A stretch of 19,369 bases of DNA, taken from Ginkgo biloba. Lineage: Eukaryota; Plantae; Ginkgophyta. Shown one piece after another: positions 12,500 through 19,369 of this stretch (position 1 is its first letter; every line of letters begins with the position of its first letter). The DNA lies in contig JANKJI020000002.1 of assembly GCA_024626585.2 (NCBI GenBank), positions 242,832,288 to 242,851,656 on the forward strand. Direction: 5' to 3'. The notes under the pieces are model-generated. The model saw only the letters and a list, made by a program, of their open reading frames with translations, was not told the origin of the DNA and ran no database searches. A program made the position numbers and the translations under genes.

Positions 12500-13375
12500 T
12501 TTCACCAGATCTACTTCCCAAAATGGAAATTTACTTCATTATGTGATTTATTACTTATATGTGCATAGCATGCATAATGAGTGTCAATCCCTAAATGTGT
12601 TGGCCCTCATTAAATACTAATTATTAATTAGCCTTAGCTTAATCTTAATTTTAGTGCCTCATGAATGACTCAGAATTATTAATCCTCAATAATGATGCCA
12701 AAAGATATTGGCAGAAAAAATCCCCACCACATGCCTACTGATATGTGACGGGAGAGATCCATACCAAAAAATTCAATTTTTAATTTAATTTGACTTTTAA
12801 TTTAAAAATTTAAAACTAAATAAACCTCAAGCACTCTTAAAAATTATGAGGTCATCATAGTGCCAGGGAAGACTCAAGGTTGAAGAGAGGAACATGGATT
12901 TTAATGGAATATGGTGTGAGCTAGAATTTAATGATTGATCATGGGGTCATAACTTGGTAAATTTCACCCCAAATGTTTAAATTTTTATTCCAAAATCTAG
13001 TAAAAGCTTTGTATTACTACACCCTCATCCATTGACCCATTAAAGTAGATCAACCTTAATTTTTTTTAAATGCTTACTAATCACACGTACATACTAAAAC
13101 CTAATTAATCATCATTATTCTTAATTTTAATTTTATTTTATTTGTATTTATGATTTATTCTTGATTGTAACCTTTCTTGAATGAATAGTCCTTTTATACA
13201 CTTTATGGATGTGCAAAGTTATGAGTTCATAACTTCAATTCCTTTTCTTAGAACTAATAAAATTCCCCTAGCAATTTTTGACCTTTTAAGTACCTAGAAT
13301 GAGGTCCTATGGATTTCCCAAAAGACCTAATCAATAAAATCCTAAAGCAGTCATAAAGCATTGAGGAACCCTAAA
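12500..13375. repeat. Copy 3 of the unclassified repeat
   Basis: Direct-orientation homolog of 9863-10960 with indels and many transitions. Boundaries are approximate. Confidence 0.88.
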
Positions 13376-13808
13376 AAAAGTTTAATAAAAAAAAAATTAA
13401 CCCTAAGCCTTTACATTTTATTTTTATTCTATTTTTTATTTTTTTGCCTCTCTATTTTATCATTGTGCATTGGGAAAATCTATAATGAACGAATCCACAT
13501 CAGGGTGGATGCCATAGGGGGGAAAGGTGTAGGTGCATCTATCTAGGTGCAGGTGTTGCAAGCAACAATGGTGTAGGGGCACTACCTCAATTGAGCGAGC
13601 GACGGTGAAGTGGAAAATTGGGTGACGACCCTAGGAAGACAATGCTTAATAAATGGTTGTTGTATTTTTATTCTTTTTACTATGCATTCTAGTGATGNNN
13701 NNNNNNNNNNNNNNNNNNNNNNNNNNNNNNNNNNNNNNNNNNNNNNNNNNNNNNNNNNNNNNNNNNNNNNNNNNNNNNNNNNNNNNNNNNNNNNNNNTTT
13801 CATAAGTG

Positions 13809-13828
13809 ATATATATATATATATATAT
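13809..13828. repeat. (AT)10 microsatellite
   Basis: Read directly from the sequence. Confidence 0.95.
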
Positions 13829-14437
13829 AAGCTAAGTCCACCCATAAAATGATGTAATAGCTTCATAAATTTAGGAACATCGACTTAGAGAGAAAATGTA
13901 GTTGGAGTAGAATCTCAACTAATATACATGTATGCTTTGTCCTTGGACCACCCTTGGCACTCTTAAGAATCAAAATTAGTGGGTGCAAAAAGATTGTAGA
14001 CATTTGTATTTTTGGTGTTGCAAATTTTGCAATTACAATCACTAGCTCAAAAACAACCTTAAAACCCTAGCTGAAATTATGTTGAGCTTTCTAGGGATGT
14101 ATGGAACCTAAATTGACTCATATTTTTTGAGATTGCTTGCATTGATGTCTACTTTCAAAATATATAGAATTTTTCTACAAATCCTATTGAAATCTTTGCT
14201 AAAACTTTGAATTTTTGAAAACCACTGTGAAACGACTAAAATAACTATTGATTTCAGGCTAACTTCAAATGTACTTTTCCATAGCTTCCAAAGTTGAAGT
14301 CAAGATACTTTTGTTTTGGAAATTATATCGATCGATCTAATCTTTGAGTATGGACATTTGTTCATGAACTTATGATGCCTTGAATTGCAATTTTGGTAGA
14401 CTTTAGTTGCACTTCCTCAAGAATTGGAAACTCAATG

Positions 14438-14446
14438 CTGATACCA
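14438..14446 (-). promoter_or_regulatory. Primer binding site (tRNA-iMet type)
   Basis: + strand ctgatacca = minus TGGTATCAG, 2 nt from an LTR end (...GGGTCGCTACA). Confidence 0.8.
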
Positions 14447-14448
14447 CT

Positions 14449-14833
14449 TGTAGCGACCCAAATGGGTTATGCTACTAAAATATCATTAAAAATGATATAA
14501 AATGTAGAGATAAAATATAATATATAAAATATATATATAATGCAATCAATATCCATGCCAAAAATTCAAAATATCACAATATACAATGTAGAAATCATAA
14601 AGGGACTCATATGAGTCTAAAATAATAAAAGGGAGCAAAAGATCAAAGTAAGGTCAATATAAAATTAGAATTATATGTTATAAATGAATCATGATTGCCC
14701 TTATATACTCAAAATAGGGTGGTAACCCTTTGCAAACATGAGTTGAGCATATGTCTCTTACATAAATAACATAAGTATTCATAACCATAACATAATCAAC
14801 CATAAATATATATAATAGTTTGGGGATACAACA
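14449..14833 (-). mobile_element. Short (~385 bp) 5' LTR, probably chromovirus-type gypsy; internal non-coding leader extends leftwards from 14437
   Basis: Termini TGTAGCGACCC (14449) and GGGGATACAACA (14833) form an imperfect inverted repeat with TG...CA, and a PBS is adjacent. No coding remnant was recognised in 13830-14437. Confidence 0.65.
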
Positions 14834-15338
14834 CTAGGTTTTGGAGATAATTCTCTAAGACATTTAGAGAATCTAATAAGACAACATAAAGGTCTATAAT
14901 GGAGTCATAGATAAGAGGTTCATTGGGATGGCCTATTTGGGCAAGTTATTTTAATGATTAAGTCATGAAGAAATTTCTTTAGAGTTGTGTATCAAAATGA
15001 CAATCTAGGGTAAATAACAAGGCCAAAACAATAAGAAAATAAAGCCAAAAGTGGGAATATAAACATGAATGAGGTCCTTATTATTATTTATGCTTATTAT
15101 TAAAGTGGTACATTTATGTTCCTTTTTAAATTTATAATGTAAATGCAATGCAAATGAAGACTATCTTATAATTTTCTTATTGAGTAAGGAAACCATGACC
15201 CATGAGAAAATGAGAGGGCACCATTCCTCACCTCTTACGTTACGAAGACCTTGAATGCAAAGGTATTCAACACTCAAGGAAGGAAATCTAGAAATAACCT
15301 TGGGCACCAAAATATACCAATCAATCTTAGTGGAGGAT

Positions 15339-16102
15339 TGTTAGTCTTAGGCCTATATGGCCTTCTAAGATGTTAGTGATATGATAGTTTACCCATCCCC
15401 TAGGCATTGTCATACCACTCATCATATACCCATCAAGGAATTTATTACTAAGATAATAGTCCCATGAGGGACCCATTATTTTCCCCCTCCCCCCTAAAAG
15501 GGAGAGCTCTCTCAACCATAAATTTATATAAGTTGGATTTCCAACCCCTTATAGATAAAAGGATCTACAAGGCATCCACCTAATCCTAGTTAGCCTATAC
15601 TTCTATGTTTTAAGGATTGGATTGATAGAGGAACGGTTTAATAGAAAAAATTCCACCCTTGAAAATGTGACTATAACCTAATCAAAGAAAAAGTAATCTT
15701 GTATTAAGTTTCTTTTATTAAAATTTGAATTGTTTGAATTATATATATTGTTGTGTAATATTGACTTAAGGGAAATGTACTTAGTTGTAATTGGTTAGTG
15801 GTAGCTCATGTTTCACTCTACCTTAACCTCAAGTTATATTATCTTATGAAGTGTGAATCTGCTTTCTGTAAATAGAGCNNNNNNNNNNNNNNNNNNNNNN
15901 NNNNNNNNNNNNNNNNNNNNNNNNNNNNNNNNNNNNNNNNNNNNNNNNNNNNNNNNNNNNNNNNNNNNNNNNNNNNNNNNNNNNNNNNNNNNNNNNNNNN
16001 NNNNNNCTTTCCATTCTAGTTTTGCTCATGTGTGATTATCATTATAATTTGATCCTTTGTTTATTCATTTGTATATCATGTTCTAAAGAAACTTTTCTAA
16101 CA
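15339..16102 (+). mobile_element. LTR (~760 bp including a 128-N gap), possibly Ty1/copia
   Basis: Perfect TGTTAG...CTAACA terminal inverted repeat, TATA-like tatataag near 15525, PPT-like AGTGGAGGA just upstream and a PBS immediately downstream. The two halves are separated by a gap. Confidence 0.6.
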
Positions 16103-16114
16103 TGGTATCAGAAC
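16103..16114 (+). promoter_or_regulatory. Primer binding site (tRNA-iMet type)
   Basis: TGGTATCAGAAC, 11/12 match to TGGTATCAGAGC, directly after ...TTTCTAACA. Confidence 0.85.
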
Positions 16115-18234
16115 AAAAAGGAAATCATCAAGAGTATTAGAATTGATATTTTGCTAGCCATTGAGATTTCTCCATCTCAGTTTGATTTTGTTCTTCGATT
16201 TAGACAATTCAATTTTACTATGTATCAGGTGACATACATTCAAATATCAATCTCAAGAAATCATCATCTCATTCAGGGAACATACGACATTTTGTTCGTT
16301 ATTTAAGATCTTTTTTGGGGGGGCAATTTTAGAGAGGTGCACAACTGATAAAGTCCTTCAATTGCATATGTTGTTGGCTCTAGTTCTCCTTTAGATAACT
16401 AGTGTATAACATATTCAGATAGAAAGACACCATTATTTCATCAATGGCCTTTATCTCTCTCAAGTTTCCCTTGGGCATTTTTGGACGGCCTTTTAGTTCA
16501 ATAGTTCAAACATCAATTTCAATTAGGCATTTTGGAAATTATTTTGGATTTATATTGTATCCAATCATTTTGGAATCTTTGGTGGATAGTAAAAGACTTT
16601 GTTATCCTTAGGCAATGGCATGTTTAGGAAAAAATACAATTTTATATAGAAGTTTTTGACCATTTAGTGTGCAGATATTTTGATCGACATTTAGGTGTCC
16701 TCCCTTCAGTCCTCCTTTATGTATTTGGATTTGGGTAGTATTCCTATTGATCACTACATACCTTAGAAACTAATAGTCTAGATTCTCCTCCCACAAATAG
16801 TTAGTCATGTTCAATACACAGGTGAGAATTGCCCGAAACAGTCATCGAAAAGCTGTGTTCAAGAGGTTTAAAAATTTCTTTGAAAAAAAAAAAAATTTGC
16901 CTAATGTTTGAGGTCAATTAAAGTAGATTGGAATTATTTTTTAAGTCCATGGTTAGTGAAAAGTATTTTGGGTGGTCACATGTGATAGTTAATGCTAGCA
17001 ATTTATAATTAANNNNNNNNNNNNNNNNNNNNNNNNNNNNNNNNNNNNNNNNNNNNNNNNNNNNNNNNNNNNNNNNNNNNNNNNNNNNNNNNNNNNNNNN
17101 NNNNNNNNNNNNTTATATATTTTTAGTATTTTTGTTCATTATTATTTTTTTATATATATATTTAAAATTTTGAGAGTGCACGAATTAGTATGACTTCATG
17201 CATTTAGGTGCATCGATCAATGCACTTAAGTGTTATGTTCTACATCAATTGGCACAACTATTTATATTTTGATACATAAAATTGTGTTAATGGTCGAAGT
17301 TGCATAATTTGATGATTATTTTTTCTTTTTTAAATTTTATGAAATTATTTTTTAGCTACCTACTAATGTCTTGATGTCATCCATGTATGGTTTGACACTC
17401 AATTTATTGATTTGAGGATCAAAATTAAATATGTCTAATTAAACTCCATTAGTTGTATATGAATGGATCCTAAATAAATTGAGGGATTTGGATAATATGA
17501 GTGATGATATGAGATTCCTGATTAAAGAATGTGACTTGCATAAAATTTTCCTTACCCCTCATCTTAGAACAAATAATGATTTGATAAATCNNNNNNNNNN
17601 NNNNNNNNNNNNNNNNNNNNNNNNNNNNNNNNNNNNNNNNNNNNCTAAGGAGTATATTTATTTTTATATATTATCTTAAATAGGTACCAGGATTGATTTA
17701 TCATTACTCACTTCACCTTTTCCTCATACTAGGATAAATTAGGTGGTTTCTCCATGGATAAAAAATGAGAGGTATGTTATCTTTAAAGGTACGATTATAA
17801 TTGATGCCATTATAGATAAAAATATTTAGTGGGTAGTATACATCATTTGTAATAACTTGACTCATTGGGATATAAGCTGCTTTTGCATACGTCCTTGGCG
17901 TACTTGGATAATGTTGGTTTTCTTCCCTTAATCCGTGGAATGCTTTCTGTTTTAACTGCATGAAAACGTACAGGTTCCTAAATCTTTCTCCTGGCCTTTA
18001 TAGGAATGTCAAGCCAAGTCAAATCAAATGATTTAGCCCTCGCAACCTTTGTCCCACTCATTATCTTTGGGGGTGCAGTAATACTCGTAAAAAATTGAAA
18101 GAATTGAACTGAAAGCAACTATACCTTTTCACTGCAAATTTTGTTGTGCCAAAGCATATGTTCAATATTTCATCATTTTTGCTGTCATGGTTTTTTTAAT
18201 ACACTCTAACTCTGCACCTTAATTTTTGATGTAG

Positions 18235-18299
18235 TTCAATATTGCGAATCCCACCACGGGATGCCAGAAAAAATTGGAGATTGATGACGACCAGAAACT
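18235..18299 (+). CDS. RPS6: Internal coding exon (exon 2 by homology) of 40S ribosomal protein S6 (eS6)
   Basis: Translates as FNIANPTTGCQKKLEIDDDQK(L), matching the plant RPS6 N-terminus MKFN(I/V)ANPTTGCQKKLEIDDDQKL after the initial MK. Flanked by acceptor ...tttttgatgtag (AG 18233-18234), branch-like CTAAC at 18206-18210 and donor GTAAGT at 18300-18305. Phase 0 start, phase 2 end, no stops. Confidence 0.96.
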
Positions 18300-19133
18300 G
18301 TAAGTAGCTCTTCTTAATTTTGATGGACCTCATGTACTCGATGCAAGAATTGAATAAATGGAACTACTGCTTGGATCTGAGTAGTTTTGTGGGTCCAAGA
18401 TACAAAGATACACTGCAGTGGATGCATATACATATGGGCCTTCAACTGGAAACTGTATGGGCTATTTATAGTCCAATTGCTATTTTTGAATTTTGTTTCA
18501 AAAGATAAATACCCCAAAGAGCAGATTTCTTTGTAAAAGTTTTGCAATTTTTGAAATATAACAAAACATATCAATGTATTTGTGATTTTTTTTCACATTT
18601 TAAAGATAAATGTGTATTTTCATAAACATTTTCTTTTAACATTAATATTTCACATTTTCTATATTGAAAAGATTCATGAAATATCTATATTTATTACATA
18701 ATTTACTCCTAATGTTTTTTGTTAGCCTTCAAGAGTTTTTTCGAGGGTTCATATGATCTTTCTCAACGTAAAGTACCTTTGAATTTGACTCCTGCCTGTG
18801 TACATATTGCCGTCAAGAGGACTATGTGAGGCTTCTTACACTGTTCATCTTATGAGCGTTGCATATTGGGCCCTTTATTATAATTTTTTTCTCAGGGAAA
18901 CTTCACGGTTTCACACCTTAGATCATAAGCATCAATTTGCTACTAGATTGAAAACTTCTTGCTTGCTAAAGTATATGGTTTTCTTTGTAAATTTTCTGAT
19001 CTAACTTCAGAAATAATTATGCCAAAGTTATTTTCAGTTATTCATGGCAAGTATCATCTGCTTCATCAAGTTTGTGTATGATAACATGGTATGGATTGGG
19101 TTGAAGTACAAAAATCTGTCTGTAATTATGTTT

Positions 19134-19212
19134 TATGTTTGTGATGATTGTCTATCAGACCATTCTAACATATATTCAATATTAAGTAGTTAGGAACCAT
19201 TCTGAAAGCATA
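19134..19212 (+). ncRNA. Candidate intronic box C/D snoRNA (weak)
   Basis: Box C GTGATGA at 19141-19147, box D CTGA at 19202-19205, and flanks TATGTTT/AAGCATA that can pair over 7 bp with one G-U. No rRNA target was recognised. Confidence 0.25.
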
Positions 19213-19280
19213 TGGTGGTTGGTATTCTTTTCCATGTGAAGGAATTTTGGGTCCCCCAGCTTATGATGAGAGCAAGGTTG

Positions 19281-19369
19281 CATGGTTGTGCGGGGACGGG
19301 GGGATGCAAGGGATGGGAGCGCGTCCCCAGTTCGGGTACCCAAGAAACCTGGGTGCGCCAGTACTTGGG
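19281..19369. mobile_element. Possible left end of a hAT/MITE-like DNA transposon inside the RPS6 intron
   Basis: Abrupt GC-rich segment starting CATGGTT, with GGGGACG/CGTCCCC subterminal motifs in both orientations. The other end is outside the window, so TIR and TSD are unverified. Confidence 0.45.

Larger units (their letters stand above)
1424..17644. other. Span containing 13 assembly gaps
   Basis: N-runs at 1424-1523, 3694-3793, 4041-4050, 4512-4521, 6858-6957, 8583-8682, 9762-9861, 11735-11752, 11987-12086, 13698-13797, 15879-16006, 17013-17112 and 17591-17644. The 100-N runs are probably placeholders of unknown size. Confidence 0.98.
18300..19369 (+). other. RPS6: RPS6 intron following the 65-nt exon (continues beyond the window)
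   Basis: Starts GTAAGT and is T-rich. No sequence encoding the expected next residues (RAF(F/Y)DKR...) was found before the window end. Confidence 0.8.

Noticed and set aside
13365-13697. aaccctaa motifs and a moderately GC-rich segment as the RPS6 promoter or first exon
   Set aside because: No ATG AAG-GT and no site II cluster. It directly continues repeat copy 3, so it is more likely TE-derived.
17501-17521. GTGATGA...CTGA C/D box pair
   Set aside because: Only 10 nt between the boxes, too short for a snoRNA.
17766-17975. ATGAGAG-GTATG (17766) and ATGAAAAC-GTAC (17960) as RPS6 exon 1
   Set aside because: They give phase 1 and phase 2 donors, incompatible with the phase-0 acceptor, and there is no promoter or UTR context.
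18325-18410. Hairpin (aactact/agtagtt, ggacc/ggtcc) followed by an ANANNA motif, as an H/ACA snoRNA
   Set aside because: The internal loop is very asymmetric and there is no convincing second hairpin with an ACA box.
11-19004. All ORFs in the supplied six-frame track
   Set aside because: They are short and low-complexity, often span N-runs or lie antisense to TE remnants, and none resembles a known protein. The real coding traces are broken TE frames and the RPS6 exon.

Overview
AT-rich, CpG-depleted, heavily gapped eukaryotic scaffold (13 N-runs, eight of them exactly 100 N) from a land plant. A large-genome gymnosperm is an inference from the retroelement types and the fragmentation. About 17 kb is a patchwork of decayed LTR retrotransposon pieces: a + strand CRM-like gypsy 5' LTR/PBS/gag fragment; a - strand CRM-like integrase with a chromodomain, PPT and complete ~1.4 kb 3' LTR, plus a second truncated copy of that LTR family; an unrelated - strand gag remnant; a short LTR with PBS; and an LTR flanked by both a PPT and a PBS. 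There is also a three-copy unclassified non-coding repeat. The only host gene evidence is a 65-nt exon of 40S ribosomal protein S6 (RPS6) at 18235-18299 (+), missed by the ORF track. Its following intron holds weak candidates for a C/D-box snoRNA, a poison exon and the left end of a hAT/MITE-like element. None of the ORFs in the supplied track looks like a real gene. I found no convincing new biological system. The best leads are the RPS6 intron elements, the missing RPS6 exon 1, the PPT-LTR-PBS junction and the hairpin-bearing repeat. All translations and alignments were done by eye.
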